In this document: positions 39,678-50,204 of the stretch, in pieces | Layout: the number at the start of each line of letters is the position of its first letter | Position numbering within the stretch: position 1 is the stretch's first letter | Source of the DNA: Verrucomicrobiales bacterium | Lineage (GTDB): Bacteria > Verrucomicrobiota > Verrucomicrobiia > Limisphaerales > UBA1100 | Reading direction: 5' to 3' | DNA length: 64,000 nt | NCBI GenBank assembly: GCA_038139415.1 | Contig: JAYOSV010000001.1 | Coordinates: forward strand, 126,536 to 190,535 | Translations under genes and position numbers: made by a program | The notes under the pieces: model-generated | What the model saw: only the letters and a program-made list of their open reading frames with translations | What the model was told of the DNA's origin: nothing | Databases searched by the model: none

Positions 39678-40571
39678 ATGAAGTTCGTGCGGTTTTCGGT
39701 TCTGCTCCTGATGGCAATCAATCTCCTCAATCTCAACTGGCTGCAGGCCGAAGACAAAGAGGCCAGCCCGTTTGTCTGGGTGGACAAAGCGGCCGAGGCT
39801 TATCGCGCCGGCAAGGTAAAGGAAGCAGTGCAGTTTGCGGACCGTGCCGTGGCGGCTGAACCGAAGAACCCACGCCTGCATTTCTTCAAGGGCCAACTGC
39901 ACAACGCCCTGCGCGAGTATGATAAATCCATCACCGCCTACACCAAAGCATTGGCGCTCAAACCGCCGGCTGCCATTGTTACCGATCTGCATCAGGAACG
40001 CGGTGAGGCGTATTTCAAGGCCGCCAAGATTAAGGAATCTATTGCCGACTTTGATGCTTATTTGAAGGACGTGCCCCGGCAGGATCCGCACCATTGGCAG
40101 CGCGGTATCAGCTATTATTACGCCGACGAATTTAAAAAAGGGTACGAGCAATTCGAACGTCACCAGACGGTGAACAGCAACGACGTGGAAAATGCCGTGT
40201 GGCATTTCCTGTGTCTGGCGCGGGCGAAAGGAATCGAAGAGGCGAAGAAAAAACTGATCCCAATCGTGGGCGATGGTCGCATTCCGATGATGGAGGTGCT
40301 CGCGTTGTTTGGTGGCAAAAGCACGCCCGAGAAAGTCCTAGCTAAGGCGAAAGCCAATGGGGCCGCCGGCCCGCGCCTAGAGCGCCAGCTCTTTTACGCC
40401 CACCTCTATCTCGGCCTTTGGTACGAGGCTAAGAAAGAACTCAAACTGCGCGACAAATACATCAGCCTCGCCGCCACCGTGGCCGATCAACACGGCTACA
40501 TGGGTGACGTCGCCCGCGTGCATGCTGTTCTAAACAAGATCAAGGTGCCCAAGCCGGCTTCGGAAAAATAG
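39678..40571 (+). CDS. Secreted NlpI-like TPR protein
   Basis: Signal peptide, TPR repeats, WQRGISYYY, NDVENAVW, FYAHLYLG. Confidence 0.85.
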   Translation: MKFVRFSVLLLMAINLLNLNWLQAEDKEASPFVWVDKAAEAYRAGKVKEAVQFADRAVAAEPKNPRLHFFKGQLHNALREYDKSITAYTKALALKPPAAIVTDLHQERGEAYFKAAKIKESIADFDAYLKDVPRQDPHHWQRGISYYYADEFKKGYEQFERHQTVNSNDVENAVWHFLCLARAKGIEEAKKKLIPIVGDGRIPMMEVLALFGGKSTPEKVLAKAKANGAAGPRLERQLFYAHLYLGLWYEAKKELKLRDKYISLAATVADQHGYMGDVARVHAVLNKIKVPKPASEK

Positions 40572-40629
40572 CTGAGACGGCCTAGTTGTTAATAGGTTCC
40601 CGTTGCGGGAGCGTGAGGCTTTCCCTAGC

Positions 40630-41724
40630 GTGAGTAACACTTTGCGAGGAGGTTTATATAATAATTCACTGAAGCTGGGCATGACCGTGGTCATCTTGGG
40701 CTCGGTATTTGCCGAGGCTCAACAAGAACCGCCGCCCGTGCCGTTCCCTAAGGTGGAGCAGGAAGAACTTTTTCTGCAGGCCATCGAGGCGTTGGACACC
40801 GGTAAAACCGACACTATGGTGCAGCTGCTGGATCGCGCCGTTCCGCTGGATCCTACCAATCCCTTCGCCTATGTAAAACGCGGCCAGTTGTTTGACCTCA
40901 TTGGCAACAATTCGCGGGCGGTGGAGGATTTCAGCAAGGCTCTGGCGTATCGCCCGGCCTTTGCCGATGTCTATCAAATGCGCGGCTGCAACCAATTCAA
41001 GCTCGGCAACGTGAATGCCGCAGTGCAGGACTGGCAGGCTTTTTTGCAATTAAAACCGGACAAGGAAGCTGAGCACTGGCAGATCTGCGTAGGCTTCGCG
41101 TTGCTGGGGCATTACGAGGAAGCCCGCAAACGCTTCGATTGGCATTCCACTACCAACACACAGGATTTGGAAGTGGCCTTCTGGCATTTCCTGTGTGTGG
41201 CTCGCACGGAAGGTTTGGAGGTCGCCCGGGAAAGCATTAAATCCGCCCCGGAAGAGAAACGTGTGCCGATGACCGAATTGCATGCGTTGTTTGCTGGCAA
41301 AGGGACGGAGGCGGATGTGTGGCTGGCCGTCGAGCGTGGAACCCCGGATAAGGCGGAGCGCGCCAAACGCGAATTTTTCGCGCACTATTATTTGGGGTTG
41401 CTGCGTCAATCCGAGGGAAAACTCAATGAAGCCAAGCAATCAGTTAAAGAGGCTCTTTCAATAGCGAAAGCCAACGATGGTTTTATTGGGGATAGCCCCG
41501 GCGGCCAACTACGCGGCGGCGACATTGCTCGCGTGCATCTTCAGCAGATCGACCAACAACTCACGGAGCAGGCGGCCTGGGAAAACCGCGGGCCTGGCGG
41601 AGCCGCCACAGGGCTAGCCTATTTGGCGACCGGCGCGGGTATTATTTTGTTGATCGGCTACGCTCTGCGTCAGCAGCGCCGCCGTGATACGTCACTGGAG
41701 TTGGCCGAGAAAAGCTCGACATAA
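40630..41724 (+). CDS. NlpI-like TPR paralogue with C-terminal membrane anchor
   Basis: Motifs parallel to the upstream gene (DLEVAFWHFLC, FFAHYYLG); C-terminal TM then RQQRRR; start uncertain (40603, 40630 or 40681). Confidence 0.8.
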   Translation: MSNTLRGGLYNNSLKLGMTVVILGSVFAEAQQEPPPVPFPKVEQEELFLQAIEALDTGKTDTMVQLLDRAVPLDPTNPFAYVKRGQLFDLIGNNSRAVEDFSKALAYRPAFADVYQMRGCNQFKLGNVNAAVQDWQAFLQLKPDKEAEHWQICVGFALLGHYEEARKRFDWHSTTNTQDLEVAFWHFLCVARTEGLEVARESIKSAPEEKRVPMTELHALFAGKGTEADVWLAVERGTPDKAERAKREFFAHYYLGLLRQSEGKLNEAKQSVKEALSIAKANDGFIGDSPGGQLRGGDIARVHLQQIDQQLTEQAAWENRGPGGAATGLAYLATGAGIILLIGYALRQQRRRDTSLELAEKSST

Positions 41725-41755
41725 CGGGCCCGCTCAATTCACCGTGAGGCCCCCC

Positions 41756-43159
41756 ATGAGCCTGCCCACTGACATCCGATCGGTTGCTTCGGAACTTTTT
41801 TTCCTGCCCGTTCACACCCGCATGCCGTTGAAGTTTGGCGGTGAAACGGTCACTTACGTCACCTGTGCCCGCTGCCGGGTCACCGTGCGTGACGCGCAGG
41901 GGCGCACGGCGGATGGCTGGGGTGAAACTCCCCTTAGTGTTACTTGGGTTTGGCCCAGTGCGTTGTCGTATGAGGATCGGCATGAGGCGCTAAAATCGTT
42001 CTGCGAAACTCTCGCCGAAGCCTGGGCACAATTTGAGGCGAGCGGTCATCCACTGGAAGTGGGTAGCGATTTTATTGAACAACAACTGCCGGGATTGCTC
42101 GAGGCACATAATGCCGGCCGGGCGGAACCGATGCCGTGGCTGGCGGCGTTGGTGTGCAATTCGTTGTTTGATATCGCGCTGCACGATGCCTATGGCCGAC
42201 TGCATGACTGTGATATTTACGAGACCTACAATGCCCAATGGATGAACCGTTCGCTGGAGCAGTTTTTGGAGCCAGCGGACGGCACGGTCGTGGATTTCAC
42301 TGGCCAATATCCTGCCGATTATTTTGAGGGAACGGTGTCGCGACAATTACCGGCCTGGCATTTAGTCGGGGGAGTGGATCCGTTGGATGAAGGCGAACTG
42401 ACTGGTAGCGAGCCGAAGGATGAATACCCCGTGCTGCTGGCGGATTGGATTCAGACCGATGGCCTGAAATGTTTGAAGATCAAACTGCGTGGCAACGATG
42501 CCGAATGGGATTATGCGCGCGTGGTGAAAATCGGGCAAATCGCACTAGAGCACGGCGTCGATTGGTTGACCACGGATTTTAACTGCACGGTTACTGAGCC
42601 GGCTTATGTGAACGCTATTCTGGATCGCTTGTGCGCCGAGCATTCGCGCCTTTACGGGATGTTGTTGTATGTGGAACAGCCGTTTCCCTACGAGTTGGAT
42701 CGCGATCGCATTGATACGCACAGTTGCTCCGCGCGCAAACCACTGTTCCTTGATGAGAGCGCGCATGATTGGCAGCACGTGCGGCTGGGGCGCGAACTGG
42801 GTTGGACCGGCGTGGCGCTCAAGACCTGCAAAACCCAAACCGGCGCCCTCCTCAGTGCCTGTTGGGCCAAGGCGCACGGGATGACACTAATGGTGCAGGA
42901 TCTCACCAACCCCATGCTGGCGCAGGTACCGCATGTGCGATTGGCCGCGCAGGTGGGTACGATCATGGGAGTGGAAACCAATGCTATGCAGTTTTATCCG
43001 GCGGCCTCGGCGGCCGAAGCCATGGTCCATCCGGGCCTATATCAACGCCGCAATGGGGCGGTCGATTGGAGTACGGTTGCGGGCGCAGGGTTTGGTTATC
43101 GATTGGAAGAGATAGAGCGAGAACTCCCCGCGGCTGCGGCGCGCTTTGGCGAACCCTGA
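41756..43159 (+). CDS. Enolase superfamily (mandelate racemase/MLE-like) enzyme
   Basis: GWGE, DIALHD, KIK, DFN, EQP, DES metal-ligand pattern. Confidence 0.82.
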   Translation: MSLPTDIRSVASELFFLPVHTRMPLKFGGETVTYVTCARCRVTVRDAQGRTADGWGETPLSVTWVWPSALSYEDRHEALKSFCETLAEAWAQFEASGHPLEVGSDFIEQQLPGLLEAHNAGRAEPMPWLAALVCNSLFDIALHDAYGRLHDCDIYETYNAQWMNRSLEQFLEPADGTVVDFTGQYPADYFEGTVSRQLPAWHLVGGVDPLDEGELTGSEPKDEYPVLLADWIQTDGLKCLKIKLRGNDAEWDYARVVKIGQIALEHGVDWLTTDFNCTVTEPAYVNAILDRLCAEHSRLYGMLLYVEQPFPYELDRDRIDTHSCSARKPLFLDESAHDWQHVRLGRELGWTGVALKTCKTQTGALLSACWAKAHGMTLMVQDLTNPMLAQVPHVRLAAQVGTIMGVETNAMQFYPAASAAEAMVHPGLYQRRNGAVDWSTVAGAGFGYRLEEIERELPAAAARFGEP

Positions 43160-43228
43160 TTCGGGTTGACGCCGCTTGCGGGCCTGCGATGATGCGGCCT
43201 GAAGCCATGGTCCCCGGGCCAAAACATA

Positions 43229-45772
43229 ATGCGAACTTCAATCCTACATTCCCTGATTTTCTTTCTCGCCGGCCTTTTGATGGCGCCGGAGGGCGTGGCG
43301 CAGGACGTCAAAAAAGAGGCGGAAGCCGAGACTCAATATCTGGGCGCCAACGTGTTATTTAACCGCGGCGATTACGCCCAGGCTATTGCCGCGTACGAAG
43401 GCTTCCTTAAACAATTTCCTGAACACCCAAAGGCGGCCAATGTGCGGTATGGGCTGGGCTTGTGTTATTTTCAAACCCGCAAATACCAGGAAGCCGCCAC
43501 GCTGCTGGGCAAGCTGGCAAAGCAACCCAAAGCGCCGGACGCCGCGCGGTTGAATTTATTTCGCGGCCAAGCCTTACTGATGCTCAAGCAATACGCGGAC
43601 GCCGAGGCGGCTTTTGGAGCGGGGATCCAAGCGCTGCCGGCCAATGCGGACAAGGCGCTGGAACAAAATCTCGCGATCAGCAAATTGGACGCCTTGTTTC
43701 ACCAGCAGAAATGGAAAGCCTTGGCGCCCGCTGCCGATGAGTTGGTATTGCCCGATGGAAAATCGCAGGTGCGAGTGGCGTTTCAAGGCGCACTGGCGCG
43801 GTACGAATTGGGCGAATTGCAAGAGGCGGTGCCGCGTTTGCAGAAACTGAAGGGCGTTGTGAAGGGGACGGATTACGAACAGCAAACCCATTTTCTTTTA
43901 GCCGAATCGCTGCGTGAACTGGGACAGGCTAAGGAGGCGTTGCCGGAGTATCAGGCGGCGGCCCGGTTCCAGGGCGGGTTTGCCAGCGAAGCATTGTATC
44001 GGGCGGGGGTTGTGCAATTCCAGGCGGATGATTTTGAAAAGGCGATCGCAAGTTTTGAATCTTTCATGACCCAGTACGGAGGTAAGGGCGATCCGGTGCG
44101 CGAACGGCGCGTGCAGGTTTTTCTGGGTCGCTCGCATTTGGAACAGAAGGGGTACGCCAAGGCGGAACAGGTATTTGAACCGCTCGTGAACGGTGAAGAC
44201 GGCGCAGAAGTGGCCTTGTGGCAGGGGCGCGTGTTCCAGCGGCAAGGAAAACATGCGGAGGCCGAGGCGATTGTGACGTCGGCCTTGAAACGGCACGCGG
44301 AAGATCCATTGCGGCCTGATTTGTTGTTTGATTTGGGGCAACATCAAATTAAACAACAGAAGTTTGCCGAAGCGGGCCAGTCACTGGATCAGTTGCTGCG
44401 GAAATTCAAGGAGTATGACCAGCGTGCGGATGCCGTTCGCCATAATGCCTTGTGTAAACATCGGGTAGAAGACTACGCGGCAAGCCTAGCGTTGTGCCGT
44501 GAGTTCCTAGCTGCCAACGCCGAGGCGGTGGGCGCGGCGTATATGATGTTTCTGGAAGGGGAAAACCGGTTCTTCCTCAATCAACCCAAGGAAGCGGTGG
44601 CGGCCTACATGGCCTTTATAAAGGCACATGAAGAGCACGAGCAAATCCCTGTGGCGCGTATGCGCGTGGGTGAGGCACACTTTGAGGGTAAAGAATGGGA
44701 TCAGGCGCTGGCGGTGTTTGAAAGCATTCTCAAGACCAACCCGGAAGGAGCAGTGTACGATCAGTTAGAATTTCTAATGGCCGAATGTCATTACCAGAAA
44801 AAGGATTGGGCTAGGTCGGTGGAGTTTTATGGACTGTTCACCAAGAGTAAGCCGAAATCCGTCAATGTAGACACGGCATTGATGAAAAGCGGATTGGTCA
44901 GTGAACGATTGAAACAATTCAACAACGCCATCGGTAGTTACCGAAATCTCGTGGCGCAACATGCCGGCAGTCGTCATGTGCCGCAGGCGAATATTCAATT
45001 GGGAGTGTTGTTGTATGAAGCCGGAGACATGGCGGGCGCGCGTGCGCCGTTGCAGGCCGTTTGGGATTTGGAACAGCACGACCTGCGGCCCAATGCGGGT
45101 TACTATCTGGCATGGGTGAGCTTGGGTGAAAAGAAGCCGGCGGATGCGGCGAGGCAATTCGGTGGCATCAGCGAACAGTTTCCGGGACATCAATTGGCGG
45201 CTGATGCGCGACTGCAACAGGCCATCGTGTTGGGCGCCGCCAAAGAATACGCGCAGGCGCAACAGGCGTTGGAATTATTTTTGAAAACGCACCCTAATCA
45301 TGAGATGACCGGTCAGGCATACTACCAATTGGGATCGGCTCTGATGGAGCAGAATCAATGGCCGGCCGCGATCGAGCAATTTTCCAATGTGCCGGTGAAG
45401 AACGATTGGCGGGATGACGCGCTCTATCGCTCGGCATGGTGCGAGCGGCGGGCGGGCAACAAGCCCAAAGCGATTCCGTTTTATCAGGAGCTGCTTGAGC
45501 AATTTGGCAAAAGCAATCTGGCGGGCCATGCCTTACTGGAGTTGGTGGAGTTGGAACATGAATCCGGCCAATTCGATCCGGCCATCGCCCGCTTGGAGGC
45601 TTATCTGAAAACCAATCCGGCCAATGATCAAAAATCCCAAGCGATGTACTGGCTGGGTTGGTGTTGGTACGGAAAGAAAGAGAATGAGTTGGCCAAGGCG
45701 CAATTTGCGAAGTTAAAGGAACTATTCCCCGAGAGCGCTGCGGCCAAAGCAACCCAGCCGCAGATTGATTAG
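43229..45772 (+). CDS. Large secreted TPR-repeat protein (CpoB/BamD-like repeats)
   Basis: Signal peptide; continuous TPR repeats with 'FP.H..A' turns. Confidence 0.88.
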   Translation: MRTSILHSLIFFLAGLLMAPEGVAQDVKKEAEAETQYLGANVLFNRGDYAQAIAAYEGFLKQFPEHPKAANVRYGLGLCYFQTRKYQEAATLLGKLAKQPKAPDAARLNLFRGQALLMLKQYADAEAAFGAGIQALPANADKALEQNLAISKLDALFHQQKWKALAPAADELVLPDGKSQVRVAFQGALARYELGELQEAVPRLQKLKGVVKGTDYEQQTHFLLAESLRELGQAKEALPEYQAAARFQGGFASEALYRAGVVQFQADDFEKAIASFESFMTQYGGKGDPVRERRVQVFLGRSHLEQKGYAKAEQVFEPLVNGEDGAEVALWQGRVFQRQGKHAEAEAIVTSALKRHAEDPLRPDLLFDLGQHQIKQQKFAEAGQSLDQLLRKFKEYDQRADAVRHNALCKHRVEDYAASLALCREFLAANAEAVGAAYMMFLEGENRFFLNQPKEAVAAYMAFIKAHEEHEQIPVARMRVGEAHFEGKEWDQALAVFESILKTNPEGAVYDQLEFLMAECHYQKKDWARSVEFYGLFTKSKPKSVNVDTALMKSGLVSERLKQFNNAIGSYRNLVAQHAGSRHVPQANIQLGVLLYEAGDMAGARAPLQAVWDLEQHDLRPNAGYYLAWVSLGEKKPADAARQFGGISEQFPGHQLAADARLQQAIVLGAAKEYAQAQQALELFLKTHPNHEMTGQAYYQLGSALMEQNQWPAAIEQFSNVPVKNDWRDDALYRSAWCERRAGNKPKAIPFYQELLEQFGKSNLAGHALLELVELEHESGQFDPAIARLEAYLKTNPANDQKSQAMYWLGWCWYGKKENELAKAQFAKLKELFPESAAAKATQPQID

Positions 45773-46204
45773 GTTACTTTGTTAAAAAGTGATGGATAAC
45801 CCTGCGGGCCTCCATGGAGAAGGGGGAAATTTTTAGATAAAACCGAATTCTCATTCAGTTTTATGCTTTTTGGAGGTTTAAAATGGTGTGTTTGATTGTT
45901 TGTTAATAAGTTTATGAAAACTTCAACCTGACTAGGCGTCATATTCTACGAACATAAACAACTAGCGTTTCATATATCTGCTTTGTCGGGAATTCATGCA
46001 CACCCACCCAAAAGGCTGTATGTTGAGGCGTACGGCTGCAAGGCGGTCGTGATGACCCGCGAGAGCACAATGCCACTCCAAACATTTAAACAATTGTTGA
46101 AAGATTGGATCACCGCGCAACGTGTTTCATAACGAGCGGCTTCGCTCTTGGAGTGAAGCCCTCAAACCATTTTTGCCTTAAACAACGAAAACAGACCTGA
46201 GCGA

Positions 46205-48931
46205 ATGAAGACGATCCCTCAACGTATCCAAACATGGACCCGCACAGCCGGTGCCGCCCTGATGATGACCCTGTTGCTGTGCGCCGCGCCTTCCGTGAAA
46301 GCGGCTGACAAAGTTGGCGATGCCGCCTACGAAGCGGCGGCGGGTTTGTTCAACCTTGGCCTTTGGAAGCAGGCTTCAGAGTCGTACAAGGAATACTTTG
46401 CCAAACACCCGCGCCATCCGTTGGCCGCGCATGGTCACTTCGGGCTGGGCTTGTGTTACTTTAATCTCAAAGACTATGCCGCCGCCGCCAAGGAGCTGAG
46501 CCTGGCCGCCAAGGGCGAAGGCCCCAGCAAGGTGGAATCCAACCTGTACTTGGGCCAATCGTTGTTACTGAAAACCCCTTCGGCCCCCAAACCTGCGGAG
46601 TCGGCTTTTCGCAACAGCCTTCAAGCATTGGGTTTTGAGCGGACCGGCATCATTAGCCGCACTTGGGATCGCAAGAGCATTGATCTATGGTTGGAGAAAA
46701 ACACCGACAAAAAACAACAAGCTTTCGCTGCCGATGTCTTCGTCGGTTTGCTGGAATCCAGTTATCTGCAAAACGATTGGAAATCAGTCGTCAATAAAGT
46801 GGCCGCCTTTGAAGGGCTGGTGGCTGGCGCGCCGATTGAGCAGCGCGCACGGGTGTTGACGGGGGAGGCTCAGTTTAACCTGCAGGATTACGAGGCAGCG
46901 GCTAAGGCGTATGAGGCGGGTGCGAACCTGAAGGGGCGTGACTCGGGCGAAGCTTTGTTTCGGCTGGGCTTGGTGCGGCTGAATCACCTGAAGCAATACG
47001 CGGTTGCGGCCGGACATTTTAAGGACTTCAGCGCTCAACACGCTAACGATCGTAAAAAGGCCGACGCCACCTTCAATGAGGCCTTATGCTATTACCATAG
47101 CTATTACGGCGGCGAAGAAAAACATCTGGCCGATGCCATCCGGTTGTTCGACCGGTTTACCGCCGCTTATAATAAGCATGATCTAGCGGCAGTGGCGCAG
47201 TTTTACTCCGGCAAACTCCAGCATATCCGGAAGGATTGGGCGGCGGCCATCAAGCGCTTCAAGCCCTTGGTAGACAGCAAGAACCCCGCCTTGGATCAGC
47301 TCATATTTCTCTTGGGTGACAGCTATCACCAGCAGAAGGACTGGGTGAATTCCGCCAAGTACTACACGCAATTTGCCGTGGGCAACGAAAAGAAGCTCAA
47401 TGCCGATGTGGCCCTGCACAATGCCGGCGTGGCCTACAGCAATATGAGGGAGCCTGATTACAAAAATGCGATCGCCGCTTACGAACGGCTGGAGGCTCGT
47501 TGCGCTGGCAGTCCGCATGTGGCCAGTGCGCAGTTGAAGCTGGGGATTATTCATTACGAGGCTGGCCGGTTCGAGGAAGCCAAACGGCCGCTGGCCAAGA
47601 TTCCCGCCAACCATACGCTCAAAGCGGATGCCGATTATTTCTCGGCCTGGGCGGAACTGGATAACGGCAAGCCGGCCAATGCCGCGCGGAAGTTTAAGGT
47701 GCTGCGCGAACGCCTGACGCGTTCGGATGCGCAAAGCGGATTGATCGCTGAATCCCACTTGTACCAAGGTATCGCGGAATTTGAGGCACGCGAATTCGAG
47801 GCCTCCGCTCAAACGCTAGCGTCGTTTCTGAAGGCTCATGATTCCCACGAGAAAGTGGATGAAGGCGCCTTTAACCTTGGTCTGGCGCATATGGAACTCT
47901 CTCAATGGGATCAGGCCATTGGCAGCTTTGATCAGGTAGCCGCCGCTTCGCCCATTCGGGATCGGGCACTTTATCAATCGGCTTGGGGCAAACGATCGGC
48001 CGGGCAGCACGCTGATTCTATTCCGTTTTACAAAGAGCTTTTGGAGAAGCATCCGCGCAGCCAACTAGTGAACAACGCCGCGCTGGAGCTGGCCGAGGTG
48101 GAATTTGAAAACGGCGGGCCACAAGGCGGGGTCGTGGCAGCGGAGCGCCTGAAAAAACTGCTCGATCGCAAGATTGATCCGCAACTGCGCCAGCTGACCC
48201 TGTATCGCTTGGGTATTGTCCAATTCGATCTCAAAGCCTATGGCGACTCCGCGAAGGCGTTTGAGGAACTGCTCAAGGATGTGCCGAAAAACCTCGAGGT
48301 CTCCGCGGCCTGGCAGGCTGGCGAAGCTAGGCGCGAGGTCGCCCGGGCCGTCAATGGCGAGGCCAAAACCCAAGGCCTGCGCGCGGCACTGGTCAATTAC
48401 CAAACGGCGGCCGAAGCCGGCTCCGCTGGCGGCAATGATGGGGAACTGCAACTCCAGGCACTATTGCGCATTGGGGAAATGCATGCCTCACTGGAAGACT
48501 GGGACGCCTCGCAAAAATCCTACGAGAATTTCATTGCTGGAAACGGGAATCACAAACTCATCCGTACGGCGCATCTGGGATACGGCTGGTCGCTGCATAA
48601 TCAGGAAAAATATGATGAAGCGTTGGCTTCCTACCTGAAGACCGTGAAGGATGGCATTCGGGATGACACCGGTGCGCGGGCGCAATTCCTTATGGGGGAA
48701 TGTTTCCTTGAACAGAATCAACACATCAAGGCACGCACGGAATTCGCCAAGGTGGATCAGCTCTATGCCTTCCCGCAATGGCAATCCAAGGGTTTATTTG
48801 AAATGGCCCGCTCCTTTGCGCAGGAGAAACAAATCAATGAAGCCAGGACGGTGTTCAACAAGCTCATTGAAAAATATCCTGAAACGGCTTCTGCCCGGGC
48901 GGCTAAGGAAGAGCTCAACCGGCTGAACTAA
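46205..48931 (+). CDS. Large secreted TPR-repeat protein (paralogue of the upstream gene)
   Basis: Signal peptide; TPR repeats; DRALYQSAW..R..G segment shared with the upstream protein. Confidence 0.88.
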   Translation: MKTIPQRIQTWTRTAGAALMMTLLLCAAPSVKAADKVGDAAYEAAAGLFNLGLWKQASESYKEYFAKHPRHPLAAHGHFGLGLCYFNLKDYAAAAKELSLAAKGEGPSKVESNLYLGQSLLLKTPSAPKPAESAFRNSLQALGFERTGIISRTWDRKSIDLWLEKNTDKKQQAFAADVFVGLLESSYLQNDWKSVVNKVAAFEGLVAGAPIEQRARVLTGEAQFNLQDYEAAAKAYEAGANLKGRDSGEALFRLGLVRLNHLKQYAVAAGHFKDFSAQHANDRKKADATFNEALCYYHSYYGGEEKHLADAIRLFDRFTAAYNKHDLAAVAQFYSGKLQHIRKDWAAAIKRFKPLVDSKNPALDQLIFLLGDSYHQQKDWVNSAKYYTQFAVGNEKKLNADVALHNAGVAYSNMREPDYKNAIAAYERLEARCAGSPHVASAQLKLGIIHYEAGRFEEAKRPLAKIPANHTLKADADYFSAWAELDNGKPANAARKFKVLRERLTRSDAQSGLIAESHLYQGIAEFEAREFEASAQTLASFLKAHDSHEKVDEGAFNLGLAHMELSQWDQAIGSFDQVAAASPIRDRALYQSAWGKRSAGQHADSIPFYKELLEKHPRSQLVNNAALELAEVEFENGGPQGGVVAAERLKKLLDRKIDPQLRQLTLYRLGIVQFDLKAYGDSAKAFEELLKDVPKNLEVSAAWQAGEARREVARAVNGEAKTQGLRAALVNYQTAAEAGSAGGNDGELQLQALLRIGEMHASLEDWDASQKSYENFIAGNGNHKLIRTAHLGYGWSLHNQEKYDEALASYLKTVKDGIRDDTGARAQFLMGECFLEQNQHIKARTEFAKVDQLYAFPQWQSKGLFEMARSFAQEKQINEARTVFNKLIEKYPETASARAAKEELNRLN

Positions 48932-48943
48932 GTCCACCATATC

Positions 48944-49789
48944 ATGCGATTTATGAAACACACCCTGCTTCTGTTGGTCTTCACTGCCACGCTTGGATGG
49001 TTGGCTCCGGCGGCGATGGCGCAGACCAATAACGCCGGCGGAACCACCATTGATTCCACCATCGTGGAAGACGTGCCCGACGTTGTCACCGAAGAACGCA
49101 AGACCATGTGGCAGCTGATCCGTAGCGGCGGCCTCATGATGGTGCCGTTGGGGGTCTTGATGTTATACGGGTTCTACTGTGCCGGATCGCAAGTGTACGT
49201 GATCTTGTTTACCAACGACAAATCCAAGGATAACGAGTTGTTGAATAAATTGGATCCGGTCGAAGTGGCCTACGACGATATGCCAATGATTGTGCAACAC
49301 GAAATTACCCGGCGCGAACGGGCGGCATTCCCAAAGATGGCTGAGGCCGCCTTGAACCACATTTACAGTGGCAAAGAAGGCATGACCGAAGCGTTGGAAG
49401 AGGAAGGCGCACTGCAGCTTGGCCGGCTCAAACGTGGTATCAAGCCCCTGCAGGGAGTCGTGCAGGTTGCGCCCTTGATCGGTCTGCTCGGAACGGTCTA
49501 CGGCATGATCGCCTCGTTCCAAAGCATGGGCACTGCCGGCGATGACAAAGTGAAATTTCTATCCGAGGGCATATACGAGGCCCTGGTGACCACCGCATCG
49601 GGCCTGACCATCGCGATTCCATTCCTCTTTCTTTACCTCTGGTTGAACCGAAAAACCGACGAAATTGGGGAGAATTTAAATCGACAAGCTCGTAGATTCT
49701 TGGGAGCCTTCTTTCCTGCCGAAGGAGGCGGCAGCGCATTCAAACCATCCGCACAGGAGGGAGAGGAACTGGAGGAAAGTACCTCGTGA
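48944..49789 (+). CDS. exbB: MotA/TolQ/ExbB proton channel family protein
   Basis: APLIGLLGTVYGMI, GIYEALVTTASGL; N-terminal signal-like extension. Confidence 0.93.
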   Translation: MRFMKHTLLLLVFTATLGWLAPAAMAQTNNAGGTTIDSTIVEDVPDVVTEERKTMWQLIRSGGLMMVPLGVLMLYGFYCAGSQVYVILFTNDKSKDNELLNKLDPVEVAYDDMPMIVQHEITRRERAAFPKMAEAALNHIYSGKEGMTEALEEEGALQLGRLKRGIKPLQGVVQVAPLIGLLGTVYGMIASFQSMGTAGDDKVKFLSEGIYEALVTTASGLTIAIPFLFLYLWLNRKTDEIGENLNRQARRFLGAFFPAEGGGSAFKPSAQEGEELEESTS

Positions 49790-50202
49790 AGGTCATTCAG
49801 GCACAAGACGAACAGGAAACGGGGATTGATGTCGCCCCGTTGATTGATATTCTGTTTACCCTGATCATCTTTTTTCTGGTCACCACCACCTTTGAGGAGA
49901 AGGAAAAAGAAGAGGAAATCCGTCTACCCAAGCAGGGCGGGTCCTCGTTGGTGAATAAAGACCGCCCCATTTACATCAACGTTTTGCAGGACGGCTCATA
50001 CAGCGTTGGCGGAGATGTGGTCAATTTGAACGATTTGGAATTCAAACTGAAAGTGCGATTTGAAGAAAAACCCGATCAGAAACTGGTCTTGCGTGGTGAT
50101 TCCAAAGCCTTTCACGGTCAAATCGCCTCCGCATTGGATATTGCCCGGCGCGTCGGCTTCAGCAAAGCCAGCATTGCCTACGACACTCGTCCCCTAAACT
50201 AA
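49786..50202 (+). CDS. exbD: ExbD/TolR family protein
   Basis: IDVAPLIDILFTLIIFFLV with the conserved Asp, LVLRGD; GTGA overlap with the exbB stop. Confidence 0.93.
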   Translation: MKVIQAQDEQETGIDVAPLIDILFTLIIFFLVTTTFEEKEKEEEIRLPKQGGSSLVNKDRPIYINVLQDGSYSVGGDVVNLNDLEFKLKVRFEEKPDQKLVLRGDSKAFHGQIASALDIARRVGFSKASIAYDTRPLN

Positions 50203-50204
50203 CC

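Noticed and set aside
46007..46045. miaB fragment (KRLYVEAYGC resembles the MiaB N-terminal K.YIETYGC)
   Set aside because: Similarity stops after about 10 residues (no QMN); probably chance
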